A DNA stretch of 61,395 bases, filler included, from Choristocarpus tenellus KU-1152 (taxonomy: Eukaryota > Protista > Phaeophyceae): NCBI GenBank assembly GCA_964200185.2. It is 11 parts of 11 records of this genome, joined end to end, with 100 filler letters (N's around TTAATTAATTAA, not from the genome) between each part and the next. Parts side by side here need not be neighbours in the genome. Positions count along the whole stretch, not along the records: positions 31,800 to 43,550 come from CAXNAD020002158.1; positions 43,651 to 46,994 come from CAXNAD020020675.1; positions 47,095 to 49,737 come from CAXNAD020026015.1; positions 49,838 to 52,583 come from CAXNAD020025103.1; positions 52,684 to 57,592 come from CAXNAD020012571.1; 6 more parts are not named here. One strand, written 5' to 3'. The position numbers and the translations under genes were made by a program. The notes under the pieces are model-generated. The model saw only the letters and a program-made list of their open reading frames with translations. It was not told the origin of the DNA and ran no database searches. Positions 40,927 through 54,319 of the stretch are shown here, piece after piece; the stretch's first letter is position 1; each line of letters begins with the position of its first letter.

Positions 40927-42792
40927 TTTTTTTCCATGGTGGCATGTATTTTTCAAGAGGATTGGGCTGTGTTGACCTTTGATGGAGAACAATCTTGTCT
41001 CCATATGTTGACAGGATGACCTGGTGTTCCTTGCTGTGTGTGCTGAAGTTGTTGGCAGTGCCACTACTGGTTCCCCCATAGAGCAAATAAGGAGACGGAG
41101 TTTTCTTGCTGTTTTTCTCATTGTGCTTGATGATTGAGTATAGTTTGGTTCGATCTAAGGGCAGGAGGAAAGCAAACCCTGAGGAATACAGTTAGCCACA
41201 CTAGTTGAGGCATTATGAGTTTAGTTCTTCACTACAGGTTGTGAGGTAGAGGTTGTGAGACTAAATGTGTGTATGTGATGTTCAGATATGTGCCTACTGA
41301 AGAGATAACCATAATGCCCCATCTCAAGTGTAGTCAGGAATCTCCTCCTTCCTGCCTGGAGCCTGTAGGTTTCGTATTGGTTTTTGGGCTTTATTGACAG
41401 ACTGGCAATAGAGGTTTTGAAGTAGCTTAAAGAAGTGAATCGTCGTTTGCTCACATATTTTTGTTATTCCAGTACCCATGTTGTACCTTTTGTTGATCTT
41501 ATTTTCTGCTCTATCTGCTTCATATTATATCGAATGAGCTTGATATATTTTCGAGGTACATAAAGCGTTTCGCGAATTTACTAAAGTGTTACAAAGACTA
41601 GTTAGCGCCTTACACCTGGTCTTTACAAAGACCCCACTCTTTTTGTACTTTTAGAAGCACACTACCGTACTGTACTAATAATCCCATGTCTATCCTAGTT
41701 CACCCCCATTTCCTTGCTTACAACACACAGGCAGGCATGTGGGCAAGGTCTGCATTTTTTTTCTAGATCCTTTCCTTGATACTTAGCCTTCGTCTCATTC
41801 CTAATAGTTCTCGAATCATTTTCAAGAGCACAAAGCGTGTAGCTCCACCAGGTCGGTGTCCACATTATTTTCATTTATGGTGTTGTGCCAGTAGGTCTTC
41901 TAAGTACTTGATGAATATATTTGACTACTAATATGTAGAGTAATAGATGGGTTAGATTTGATTGGCTAGTTACTTTATCATGCGGGTGTATGCTCTCCAC
42001 TCGCGACATGCAGCGCTTCGTGTGTCTGGCTTTCTTTCTAGTTGACGGCGTTGAAACTTTTGATCGGGTTTAATTTATACTTACCAAAACTTGAATTCAC
42101 CAACTTTCTTTTGGCGTTTATTATGTAACGTGTTGTACTGGTACCATGCTGTTCTAGAGCTACCATCGTCCTAGATAACACAATACAGTGCAGAGTGTAC
42201 TGTGTACAACAAGCCTGATCCAAACCGAAGTATTATTTATAGCCCTCATTAAACTGTTGTCATTTTTAAACAATCGGAACCTTTCTCTTTTGGCAATTGA
42301 GTTTATTGTGTTGCGTCATCGTCTATTTTAATAATTTTGTTCCTTCTTCATTTTTGTTTTTGCCTCTTGTCAGATAATAATAATTCTTAATGTTCTGCTC
42401 TCGTTTTCCTACTTGTCTATGGGTTGGTGTGAGTTGTATGCTGTTTCTTTCTATGCTTTTGCAAGCTCCGATCTCGTCCGGGAACAACCTACGCGATAAA
42501 CCCTATAAACAAGGATTACTTCTCATTCATGTAGATTGGGAGGCGTGCAAAGTTTGAGATGGTGGGCTGTCAGGACTGTGGAGGATCACCAGTAGAAAGT
42601 CAACCAAGTTGTGTTTGATGGGGTTCAAGACCCTTGGGAAACTGTCTAAAGTATGTGTTTAATGGGATGCCTAGGACGAAGGCGTCCTGTTGATCAAGCG
42701 ACTCACTAATTTCATCATTGCCTCTCGACCCTAATTCTTAAGCCCAGAAGTCTGTCCGGGGTCCAGCCTCAAACACCTCGACAAAGAACAGT

Positions 42793-43244
42793 GTGGTGGT
42801 GCAATGCCTGAAGGCGAGAAGGCACGAGACTCGGTTGCCTCAGGGAACGGTAGCGCCCATCGCGGAGGACTTTGGAGTTTCCCGAATCACTGTCTTCCAT
42901 CATCTGAAGCAGCATGGCAGCCAGATCGCAAGGGGACAAGGCGTGGACCTTGTACGACATCGCAAGGGTCACCGTACAAGTATCCTTGGCATTTGGGATG
43001 TACCATTGGTACACTGCACATCCTTCTGGCATTTCCCTTGCCTCATTGTGGGGTTTGTACAGGCGTGAGAAGGTGAAGGTCAAGCGGTGGATTATGCCAG
43101 TCTTCTCAGACCGGGAGAAAGTGAACAGGGTGGGTTTTGTCATCAGCCACACTCACGGAAGGAGGGAAAGTGGGGTATTAGTGGACCATCTGTATGACTG
43201 GGTGTATGTGGACGAGAAGTCGTTTTACATCCTTGAGAACATTT
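42793..43244 (+). pseudogene. Tc1/mariner (plant mariner/DD39D-like) transposase relic, truncated by a MITE
   Basis: HTH RLPQGTVAPIAEDFGVSRITVF..RKG, then after a frameshift IMPVFSDREKVNRVGF..HLYDWVYVDEKSFY, resembling the KP.LT..NK..R / VHIDEKWF motifs. Confidence 0.75.
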
Positions 43245-43550
43245 AACCCAAAGCATTTAAGAGGGTAGGGTTGCGTCCGTTTGGGGTCGTAAATCGAATG
43301 TTACGATTTTGACGCGTTTTGGCTATGGTTGTTAGCAAGTGTGAATAACTTGCTCCGGACACATCTTTCATAGTCGTATACATTTTAGGTAACTGTGTTC
43401 AAACAGAATACCGAAAAGCGGCATAAAAAACCCGTGGGAAGTCAAGCCCTGAACAGACAAACAGGGCAAAACTCCTACCTCTTAAATACTAAATACTTTG
43501 GCGCATGAGCAAGGTGTGTACCTACACGGCTCAAAGTATCTGGGGGGGGG
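43245..43550. mobile_element. MITE (long subfamily, 43245-43504) followed by the start of another MITE at the contig end
   Basis: aacccaaagcatttaagagggtagggttgcgtccgtttgggg ... aatactttggcgc; ggctcaaagtatctggggg at 43528. Confidence 0.75.
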
Positions 43551-44533
43551 NNNNNNNNNNNNNNNNNNNNNNNNNNNNNNNNNNNNNNNNNNNNTTAATT
43601 AATTAANNNNNNNNNNNNNNNNNNNNNNNNNNNNNNNNNNNNNNNNNNNNATCAGTGACAAAGGGCATTTGCACTGGTTGGTCATCAAATGAGGGGATGG
43701 CTGGCAACCAGTGACGAAGGGCATTCGCACTGGTTGGTCATCAAATGGGGAATAGAGGATAGAGGAATAGCAAATTGGGAATGAGATAATAATAATAATC
43801 CAGAATTCGTGAGCAAAACAAACTAGGTAACGGTAGTAGATTTTCATTTTTTTGTTTTTCGAAGTATCAGGAGTTTGAATCATGACAAGAGACGTGTTAC
43901 TGAGGGTAAGCTACCCATTAACCAACTGGAATTTCTTCATATAATTCTTAGAGGCGTTATTAGGAAGTACATAGAGAAGAGAGTTGGAATCTATAACGTT
44001 AAAATAGATAGCAAACAAATTGACAGAAAGGAATTACCTGGTTTTACACCATACACAAGTATAGGAGAGGATCTGAGGTGGTAATTGATATAACAGGGCA
44101 TAACAACCACAATAACCAGTTACACAGTAATCAGAAATATCTAGTGAAAAGCAGAAGGTATTTGTAACACAATAATGTTGTGTTGTACTTTACAAATTTC
44201 AAGCTAAGTATTACTTTGATGAATATCAACCGAAATCACTTGGTTTTACAATAAATAAAAGCGCGCGAGGAGGCACGAAAATGGTCGGAACAGTAAAACT
44301 TTGTGGAATTTGTCGTCCATTAGCAGAACACTACAACTTTGATTATAGCCACTAGAACAGGCAGAGACCACATCACAAAGTGTGGAATTTGGGTAGGTCT
44401 CCAAACTGCGATCAACACCCCAACACAACAAAGTAGTATCTGGTGAGCAGGAGGACCGCCAACTCCACTCCACAATTCGAGTCCCTCACGTGCCCAGTTC
44501 ATAATCGTCCTAGTTGAAGAAGAAGGCTGACAT

Positions 44534-46454
44534 ATGGTGAGAATTTATCGTGCTTATTACCTTGTTCGTTCTTGTGTGCTCGCACTACGCTTGGGCGACA
44601 CTTCCCTGCCGTTAGAGTGTACTTGTGACTTGACACAACGTGCTCAAATTCTTCATGTCGTTTTTCTGCCTTATGAATTGGGCACGTTGCATGTCGTATT
44701 TGTTTCTGTCACACTGATCCCTTACTTTTGTCTCTTTTCAATCAAATCTCTGCAATTGTAGGGTTGGAAGACGTACAACAATGGAGATAAGTACAATGGA
44801 AGCTACCATGGTGGCAAGAGGCATGGTCAGGTGCGACGAGCATAATGTCGCAGGCTCGTGTTCTGTCCCTCTAACCCCACCCTTCCTTGATGTTGAAACT
44901 GGCCAACAGCCCTGGCATTGAACCATAGTTGCTTGAGCAAAAGAGTCCTAGCAACCTAGTGTAAGAGTACAAGGTATATGTGGGCTCACTGTGCGGTTTT
45001 GGTGCATTTCTGCTTGATTATACAGGGAAGGATGGTTTACCATGAGGATGGGAGCAGCTATGACGGCGAATGGTACCAAGGCGACAGGCATGGCAAGGTG
45101 CGTGCTCGTTGTCCTCGGAAAGTTGATTCCTGCGTTTGCATCATTCCATAGTCGTCGACTCTGTGTGGGGATGTTGGGTAGATGATTTTCCATCAGGTAT
45201 GTACGTCACGTGTCAAACTCGTGGATGTAGAATTGTCGATATCAACAGGCTTCATGGGATATCTTTGGGTACACAACACTTTGTCCACAAGATGTAAGAA
45301 ATACTCCGCGATCGAAGATAAGCAGGTAATACGTAGCCTCTTTGTTTGCTTTCGCTGTTGATACAATTGTTATTTCCGAAAGTAATTGTCAGGAGTTGGA
45401 GAGAATCTACACTTTGATACTGTGGATCTATAAAATCTCAACCTGATTCTCATTCTGGATCTGATACTCTTTTCTCTCACCTCGCCTACTCTATGCATGT
45501 TGAGCAGGGCACCCTAACCGCTCGAACTGGGGCGATCTACGATGGGGATTGGAAGCATGACAACAAAGAGGGAAAGGTAGAAGTGTTAAAACGAGATCCA
45601 TTACTTGTGATGGCAAGAGTTCACTATTACCCAACATAAAGTCATGAAATCCTCTTCAATAGACCGGTTGGTAGTTGGTCTTTCTACCTCCCCATCGAAT
45701 CTATGGGCACTCTTTTCTAGTCTGGAATCTTCGTGGACAAGACACGAAGCAGTGTGCCGTCCTGGTTGTAATATGTTGGCCAGACACTTTTCCTTCGTAA
45801 ATTCTTCCACTTTTTATTTTCCTAACTGGCTACATAGACTAGTTTTAGCAGTGTGTCACTGTGAACTACTGTTCATCACTGGGGACAATTATCGATATTG
45901 TTGAGACATTACCCAATCTTCAATGCTTCAAAGTTTTGTTGCATCCACAAAAATACCACTAGAAAGTTTACCAAATTTTTCTGTGTACAACTTTTGATGG
46001 AGCAAGTTTGATACATTATTTGGTTGTAGGAAGCAGGATCCTCTTGTGTGTCAGGCGTGTATTTGAAATTTGGTGATGTCAACTATATTTTCTGACCTTC
46101 AGTTTTGTTCCTTGTCTCTTTTTAAACCTTTGGGGGGGAATTATTTTGCACTGTGTATATTGATATAATAACGCTCAGTGTGGCTAAGGTGCAAGGTGGT
46201 GTGATTTACTTTTGAATGGAGTGCTGATTGGTGTCCATATCCTTCTGAGACTCAGAAAGTCTTTTGAGATTCTCCTGCGAGGCAAATGATGCTGCTACTA
46301 AAATATCTATTTTTTTAAAAATGCTCCGGACTAACCCTCTCAACATCTATTTCCCTGTTTTTGTCTGCTCTTTCAAATTGCTCAGGGCACCATGCGCTTC
46401 TCAGATGGTCGCAAGTACCGTGGGCACTGGAAGGCTGATATGATGCATGGAAAC
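44534..46454 (+). CDS. MORN-repeat protein, one repeat per exon; ends uncertain
   Basis: Possible ATG|GTGAGA at 44534-44536. Exons 44762-44830 GWKTYNNGDKYNGSYHGGKRHGQ, 45026-45097 GRMVYHEDGSSYDGEWYQGDRHGK, 45508-45576 GTLTARTGAIYDGDWKHDNKEGK, 46386-46454 GTMRFSDGRKYRGHWKADMMHGN. Confidence 0.88.
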
Positions 46455-47144
46455 GTGAGGAAAGGGATTTGTTTTCGTATTGTGTTTCCATTGTATGCAT
46501 CTAACACCCTGTGCTGATTTCTTCACACTCTGAAACAACTTAGGATGTTGACCGTGTCTTGTCTGTTTTTGTTCCTTGTCATTTGTCACCCCCTTTATAT
46601 ATCCCACCCTGAAGGCAAAGGCTTGTTTCACACCAAAGAACACCATCTCACAGGTCTATATCCCATGGTAATGTTTCAGGCCGATAATGGCACCCTAGTA
46701 CTGTTGGCCGTCGGTGCACTCTGAAAGGTTTTGCCATTTGCTGAGATTTGAATTCTAGCCTTGACTCCATGAGCAATATGTGGAGCTGAAGATGATAGAA
46801 ATTACATGGAAGGGACAGAAGAATTCCTTACCCAAGATATTGAACTGCGACGAATGCGTGTTGTGAGAGACAAGCAAGCGACAGAACTGATGACAGTTCT
46901 TCACCCTAACCCTGCCTCCCCCCCTCCCCGCCCGTGCAATTCTTTATCTTTCGGAATTTTTACCCAAAGCTATTTGTGTTCGAGATTCTTGCACNNNNNN
47001 NNNNNNNNNNNNNNNNNNNNNNNNNNNNNNNNNNNNNNTTAATTAATTAANNNNNNNNNNNNNNNNNNNNNNNNNNNNNNNNNNNNNNNNNNNNGGGGTC
47101 TTGTTCCCTACCGATGATTACTCTCCTCCTACTTTTTGGTGCAG

Positions 47145-49131
47145 AATGGCAAGCTTCCAGGGTCTATTCGAGGGCAGGAGTACATCCCAGACGTCTATTG
47201 GACCTTGCAACGAACTGCTGTTGACACATTTTTTGCAGAAAATGGATACCTCCACCATGCGAAAGCCCGTGAACTTCAGGTCAATGGAAGAGATGCTGTC
47301 TAAAGATATACCTATTGGGATCGACTGGGGGAGGGGGGGGCGGGGGATATGACTTACTTGCAGGTGTTTTCCGGATACTAGCTAATCATAGTTTTGTCTT
47401 TTTTTTGTGGCTGGATGAAATTGTGGGGAATTGTATTTGTTGGGGGATTCCTTACAGAAGCATCTCTAACATTTGATCTGACATATGTTGATGATCACCT
47501 ATGCCTTCCTGTGACAGCCGAAGGTACTTGTATTACTTATTTTGTCTTGAGGCATGTCTTTGTGTTAGTTCAGTTCTGTGAGTTGTCCTGAAATGGTGAT
47601 ATATACTGAGATCTAATATTAATGCCCTGAAGTGTTGGTTTTATGGCAGGCTAGTTGGGTAGAAGGTTGTGCAAAATTACTTACTCAAGTGGATGAGTTT
47701 TTCTTGTATGTATTAATTTTTGAAAGCCGACTCATTGGTTGGGAGGAGGTTGTTCTGTTAAGACGATTTTGGATTGCATGATTTTACTTGAGAAAGATTT
47801 CGCACTTGAGCAATTTTGAGATACATTGGACTTGAACAAGTATAACTTCAATTCCCCTGATCATACACCCGCACACATATATATGTGTGTGTGTACCTCT
47901 TGGATGTAATGGAGAGATACACTTGACACCCTAGTACTACTATGGTATAAAGCATCCTCCTATCCCCCACAAACTCTGGTTGCTGTCTGTGGTGCAACTT
48001 AACTGACTCTGATCTTTGTACCAAAAAGGTGCACAAACCATTGAACTTCGTCAGAGAATCTTTCCCTGAAGCCCTTGACCTGGAGACTGCTGTTGTGAGC
48101 CCAAGCATGGTGGAGTGGCTGGAGGCTAGCTTAGAAGGGGCAGTGGTGCAGAAGTCATGGGTTGAGGTACCGTTAAAGAAGAGTGTGTGTGTGGGGGGGG
48201 GGGTTGGGATTGTTGCAATAATGGTGCCTCTTTACCCAGTTTACAGCTAAGTCTAACTCTAAAATGGGTTTGTTAGTTTGGTTGATGGGGCTGATTTATG
48301 AGTACAGCTCTTTGGTATCTGCTGTTGGGCTCTGGAATATGGGTTTAATGTTAAGAGCTGGTATTGTTCATCGTGTTGTTGGGGTTTTGAGGGTGGATAG
48401 AAGTCTTCAAGTGTGATCCAGGTGTTCACAGGTTTGATCGAGGTTGATAAAGGCTAGTGCCAATGGCATAATCACTCCCACCTCATCAAAATGTACACTT
48501 AAAGAGTGTATGCAGTGTCATCCGGGTCGACCAGGAACTGAGTACAGCAGTACTCTATTACAGCGGTTGTAGAATGACCACACCTGTGTCAAGATATTGA
48601 TATACCACTAGACCACTGAGGCACCAATCTTGCACAATATTCCAATATCTTGACAAAGTTATAGGAATGAGGCACAATTCTTGTGTGAGACCCATGCCTT
48701 GCTAGTTCAGTGGTATCTCAATATTTTGAAACAGCGCAAGATGCTTGGTGAAATAGGTTAGAAAAGTACTGCTTGGAGTTGAAGTATTACCTTTTAGTTC
48801 TTATCATGTCTCTATATATGTTCACTGTTCGTTGCAGCCCAACTCTCTCATATTTGAGTGCCAGCCTAGAACTCCACTTGTATAATCTTTGAAGGTACTT
48901 ACATTGATAAACATGAGGTGTTCTAGTCTATTATTGTGAGCCAAATGAATCAAAACATTCCCCAACACCCTACCAATGTGTCCTGATCAAACACAACAAA
49001 CAAACCGAGGGCAGGCATGGTCTACTGTGCCAACAGATTTGTCTGAGAGAGATGCTGGTCGCTTACTTGGAATGTGCAGATCCTGTTGCCGACCCACTGG
49101 GGACCCCTTGGGAGTAGTGCAGCTGGCAGAG
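47145..49131 (+). CDS. UFL1: E3 UFM1-protein ligase 1, three internal exons
   Basis: Exons 47145-47279, 48029-48166, 49015-49131 give NGKLPGSIRGQEYIPDVYWTLQRTAVDTFFAENGYL..VVSPSMVEWLEASLEGAVVQKSWVEAWSTVPTDLSERDAGRLL, collinear with recalled UFL1 motifs FVPDIY..Q..VDSFFRQNGYL..VEASVEEAI..W...LP..LS.EDA..LL. Confidence 0.8.
48585..48733. mobile_element. Second, unrelated MITE-like element in a UFL1 intron
   Basis: 25-bp imperfect TIR tgtgtcaagatattgatataccact / agtggtatctcaatattttgaaaca. Confidence 0.55.
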
Positions 49132-50749
49132 GTGAGTGCTGGGTCCGAGCCAAAACAACTGTACCATGACAAGTAGTGCAGTAAGTAATAGTTTTATAAT
49201 TACCTGTACCTGTTTGACACACAAAACACCCCTCCCAGACCTTCCTCTTTTTTTTCTCAGTAGGCAGCCCAGCAAGATGCCATGTTCATGGGGATTTGGT
49301 TTGTGCAAGATTTGAGATACTTACTAATACCTAACAATGTAATTATATAGCTCTACATTTTGGGGTGTTTGTGTGAAGGAGACTCTATGATTGGTCCATG
49401 CCATGATTTGTAGCATCCTGTGCAGTAAAAGAAAAAAAGAGGCTTGGCCTTTTCTTGCCCCTGTTTCTAGGTAGGAATCCTTCCCCTAAAAGTATACATT
49501 ATTTCCTCTGTCGATTTTTTCACACCTCTGAAATCACAGCACTCAACATTAGTGTTACGCTAGAACCGTTGGCCATATTTGATCTTTAATGTCTATTACC
49601 AGGATAACTTTGGGGGCCAGCTCTTGTGTATCACCTGTTGTCCATATCAAACCCGAGCCATTTGCTCTACAACACCAGTTGCATATAACTAGGTCTGTGC
49701 TTAATCTCTGGGTCAAAGTATCTGGGAGGGAGGGAGGNNNNNNNNNNNNNNNNNNNNNNNNNNNNNNNNNNNNNNNNNNNNTTAATTAATTAANNNNNNN
49801 NNNNNNNNNNNNNNNNNNNNNNNNNNNNNNNNNNNNNCGCCACCCCCTCCCAGATACTTTGAGCCCCGTCTCCTGAGGCATCCGCGTCTTGCGCCCTCTC
49901 GCCTCCAGACATCACACCACCATGCTGTTCTTCGTCGGGGTGCCTGGATCTGACCCCGGATAGACTTCTGGGCCGATGAATTGGGACCAACGGGTGACGA
50001 CAGGATGAGCAAGCCGCTCGAACGACCGGGGGCCTTCGTGCTAGGCATCCCAATAAATATATACTTGGATAATTTCATGAGGTTTTTGAACTCTGTCAGA
50101 TTCAACTCGGTCGACCTTGCAATGGTAATCTTCCACAGTCATGACATGCCACCATCTCAAAATTTGCACGCCTCCCAATCTGTGTGAGAACTAGGCCTCA
50201 CCCAAACGATTTATCATGTGAGTCGTTCCGGGGCAAGAACTGAGCTTGCAAAAGTTATGTTACATTTAATTCTGAACAGAGGAAGTACATATTATACATG
50301 GACAACAAAAATATATTAGTTTCCATAATTCATTTTCTCTATGTATACCACTTCAAGCAACATGATCCATGCTTTATCATTAAATTCAACTTACCTCAAC
50401 TCCTCATACCAGTCGCGTTTTCCTTCTTGGAAAGGGAGGGCTGCCCCACCGAGTTGTTATGAACGGACTTAGGTACACTACCGAAGGACTAAGTCATGAG
50501 TTGGGAACGAAGAATTTTGTGTCTGAATCTTCATCTTTTCATTCCCTCAGAAAAGTGGCATCCACGCCCATCGAACCTTCTATTCCTATTCTATACTATT
50601 TTAATCAGCAAGGTTTTAAGTTCGATTTCACTGATAGCATAATAGAGGTCGAAATGGCATTGAATACTGTGAAAAAGTAGAATGTAAACGATCCTATGGT
50701 TAAAGTATAACTTTCATATTCAATGTATTGCATGTGTAAGTGACGTACG

Positions 50750-50821
50750 TCCCTCGTAGTCCAACGGTTAGGATATCTGACTCTCACTCAGGAGACCCGG
50801 GTTCGACTCCCGGCGAGGGAG
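50750..50821 (+). tRNA. tRNA-Glu (anticodon CTC)
   Basis: TCCCTCG/CGAGGGA acceptor stem, D arm GTCC/GGAT, anticodon arm TCTGA-CTCTCAC-TCAGG, T arm CCGGG-TTCGACT-CCCGG, short T-tract downstream. Confidence 0.96.
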
Positions 50822-51277
50822 TATTTCATATTGTCTATTTTTCATCGTCAGTACATCGTTTCTGTCTGACCCTAGTAGAGTCCTTCCTTGTGGTTGACGC
50901 TATTTGAAACCCGATTTGAGATGATATATTACCATCTTCACTTTGGACCTGTGCACTATCCCAACTGATGGTCAAAGGGGCTATGTATTACAAAATACTT
51001 GTAACGACCAGTAGTCAGCTCGTGCTTCCCAACATCCCTGAATAAGCTACTTCCTCCATGAAACTCATTATCAAAAATCTCTCTTCCTACTAGCAAGTGG
51101 TGTAGCTTCCGATACAGAGCAACACGCTCTTTGTGTGTTGCCACGCTTAGTAAGGCCGTATCTGTCAACTCTATTTGTACGTTAACCCTATCCCTACTTC
51201 TCAACCTTTAAGCAGTATATGTTATAACTTTCCCCTCAAGGATCCCTTTCCCCTCAAGGGATTCAAATCATCCTAGA

Positions 51278-51454
51278 GGCTCAAAGTATCTGGGGGGGTG
51301 GCGACTGTCCATTTGGGATCCATTTTTCCATGTCACGATTTTCGGATGATTTGGTTGCATGCGTCGGATGGATGATGCGAGTGTACTTCTCCTGGTCAGG
51401 GCCCGAATGGACACCCTCGGGTAAACCTCGCCCCTCCTCCAGATACTCTGAGCC
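51278..51454. mobile_element. MITE, short subfamily
   Basis: ggctcaaagtatctggggg ... ccagatactctgagcc. Confidence 0.85.
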
Positions 51455-52683
51455 AGAGGGGGAGTCAGGAGTGCATTGGGGGCCTGTGTGACCCTGTCGG
51501 GATTTCAGTCATTTGAGTAAATGCGTCGGATCTAAAGGCAATTTTTTTCATCCGAACGCACCTTCCTTTTCCGTATCCTTGCCTGAACCAAATTCAAAGG
51601 AAAATATAGGAAAATCGGTTTTAAAAAGGGCATCAAACTCGGGCATTTTACAACACCTCATCAAGTCCCCAATGGACAACCTAGGCTAAACATCCCTCTT
51701 CCTCTAGGATACTATGACCCAGCAGAGTATAGATCGGGAAAAACAAATATTCGTGCTCCATCTGTGTCTTCACTTTGACAATTCATCTTAAAATGCAGCG
51801 GGCATGTGGGCTTAACATACCATTGTTGTTGATATTATTTCTCCAACTTTCAGTTGTATTTCTCTTGTTCTCGGTTTGATATTATAATTGATATAAACTG
51901 AATCCTACCAACACAGGGACCTCCCCCTGAGTATGGGCTTCGCAGAGAGGGAATGGAGGGGCAGGCCCAAGGTACCTTGTCTCCTAGAGATATTTTCACT
52001 ATCGATCAATGCCAAAGCTGAACCAGGGGCTCAGGCCTTGAAGCTATAGTTTTCGAATTTTTTTGGCCGATCTTCTGGACTATTGTCAATTAGTTCCTTC
52101 CGTAATAGCAATAACCTGCGACGTGTTTGAATCCATGGTCAAGGATAGTACAAAAGTGCCAGAGGAGAAAGAAACATTATACTATTGATAGCATTTGACC
52201 AAAGAAGCAGAAAAGGATGAGAATGGCATAGAAATACCCAACAAGTAAACAACATGAAAGAGATACATACAGCACAAAACAAAACGAGGCTAGCAGCTAG
52301 GTGTATTGAGCAATCGATTTCATGATGTACTGACATCAAAACGAAGGCTCCAAGGTCACCCTTCCATCAATTCATTCGGAAAAAAAGCTAGTCAAAAACA
52401 CAACAACAGAGCACAACATGAAAATGCGGAAGAAAACAAATAGAGAAGATCACATCCACAAGATCATCATATGTAACAGACAAATAGCACCAGTGCCAAG
52501 GAGTTATGTCCATAACAATCATTGTGCGCCACGCCATTCCTTCAAGCCAAATTATTTTAGAGGGTAGGGCCGCGTCCATTTGGNNNNNNNNNNNNNNNNN
52601 NNNNNNNNNNNNNNNNNNNNNNNNNNNTTAATTAATTAANNNNNNNNNNNNNNNNNNNNNNNNNNNNNNNNNNNNNNNNNNNN

Positions 52684-52832
52684 GGGGGGTCTACACCAGG
52701 GTGTCAATCGGGCAGGAGGAGTGCACTTACATTATCTGTCCAAAGCATGCAACCGAATCACCCAAAAATCAAAACATAGAAAATTGGACTCCGAATGGAC
52801 AGCCGCCACCCTTCCCCCAGATACTTTGAGCC
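52684..52832. mobile_element. MITE, short subfamily, truncated by contig start
   Basis: ggtctacaccagggtg ... cccccagatactttgagcc. Confidence 0.8.
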
Positions 52833-53272
52833 TACTTCAACTACTGCTATGGCTCCTGGTAGGCACTCTGCAGTGGTAGAGGTGTATCAGTACTCAAGGA
52901 CAGGTCCCTACATGAGTTTCCCGATTTCTTGGACTGGTAATAACAGGAAGCTATAGTCTAGGTGCTACTGTCCTGATCTCGTTTTTAGGAAGACAGCATG
53001 GAAGGTTGAAGTTGACAAAGATCCCCCAGATGAAGTAAAGTACTTGGTCCAAGTTAAAAACCTGTCTGATACACACCTCAAACAAACCTAGGGCACCTCC
53101 TCTCATAGTAGTCTCATCACCACCTCTAATAATTTCAGTTAGTTGTTACTATGGTGCAATGTGATCGAAGCTCCAACTCTTACATGGAGGCCTCAAACGC
53201 GTTTTTTACCAATAGCTCCCTCTACTTGAGGTACTCTACTTGACATATCTGTACTTGATCGATGCTACTGTA

Positions 53273-53792
53273 GGGTCAAAGTATCTTAGAGGGTAGAACC
53301 GCGTCCGTTTGGGGACCGAAATCCTTTGTTGCGAATCTGATGTAATTTTGGCTATCATGTTTGTTAGGAAGTGTCAACATCCTTGTTCCGTTCAAACCTT
53401 TTCACACGGCATATATTTTACCTAATGAGTGAAAGTATCTCAGATGGTACGAGTTTTGCCCTGTTTGTCCATTTTGGTTTGGCTTCCCTCGAGGTGTTTA
53501 TGATGTTTTACCTACTTGAAAAGTTTTTGGAGTAGGTAAAATGAATACGTTATGAAAAGGTGTGTCCAGAACAAGGATATTGACACTTCCTAACAAGTAC
53601 GATAGTCAAAATTACATAAAAATCGCAACATTGGATTTTGGCCCCCAAATGGACACGGCTCTACCCTCTAAGATACTTTGGTTCTACTCCGAAAAACTTT
53701 GAAGTAGGAAAATATCATTAAAAAAACTGTGGGAAGCAAAGCCCAGATGAACAAACAGGACAAAACTCGTACCCTCGAAGATACTTTTACTC
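53273..53792. mobile_element. Long-subfamily MITE (TSD TGTA) with a second copy nested in reverse orientation at 53427-53684
   Basis: tgta|gggtcaaagtatc ... gatacttttactc|tgta. The inner copy is flanked by taat/tact and interrupts the cctactcc seen intact in copy 53895-54152. Confidence 0.85.
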
Positions 53793-53894
53793 TGTAAGAC
53801 CTTTCCTCTCATATATGGAGACAGCTAAACCCACTTCATGTATGTATCATCTGAGCCGTTGCTTCCTATCCAACGTCTTTTCACTCGTAGCAAA

Positions 53895-54152
53895 GAGCCA
53901 AAGTATCTTAGAGGGTAGAGCCACATCCATTCGGGGGCCAAAATCCAATGTTGCGATTTTGATGTAACTTCGACTATCGTGTTTGTTAGGAAGTGTCAAT
54001 ATCCTTGTACCAGACACACCTTTTATTGTTTTATACATGATACCTACTCCGACATATATTGGAGTAGGAAAATGTCATAAAAACCCCGAGGGAAGCCAAG
54101 CCCCAAATGAACAAACAGGGCAAAACTTGTACCCTCTAAGATACTTCGACTC
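53895..54152. mobile_element. MITE, long (~258 bp) subfamily
   Basis: gagccaaagtatcttagagggtag ... ctctaagatacttcgactc. Confidence 0.85.
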
Positions 54153-54319
54153 AAACACGTCGTCCCCTGTCACGTTTATCGTTCCAGTACTTGAATGCAC
54201 TAGTGCCCGAGTGCTCCACAAGGTCCTGCCAAGTAGTAATAAGTAGTGTCCAACAGTATGCCTTTGTATAACATCCAACCCCTATGTGACACAGACTACC
54301 ACGTCCGTTTCTGACTCAG

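Noticed and set aside
43653-44084. 56-bp duplicated unit and a 69-aa ORF faintly like a copia RT start
   Set aside because: At a contig edge, similarity too weak
49870-50190. PGAFVLGIP..FLNSVRF segment resembling the C-terminus of CRE-type non-LTR elements
   Set aside because: Too short and degenerate to call
50956-51204. 82-aa minus-strand ORF next to the tRNA
   Set aside because: No ATG start, recognisable domain or partner exons
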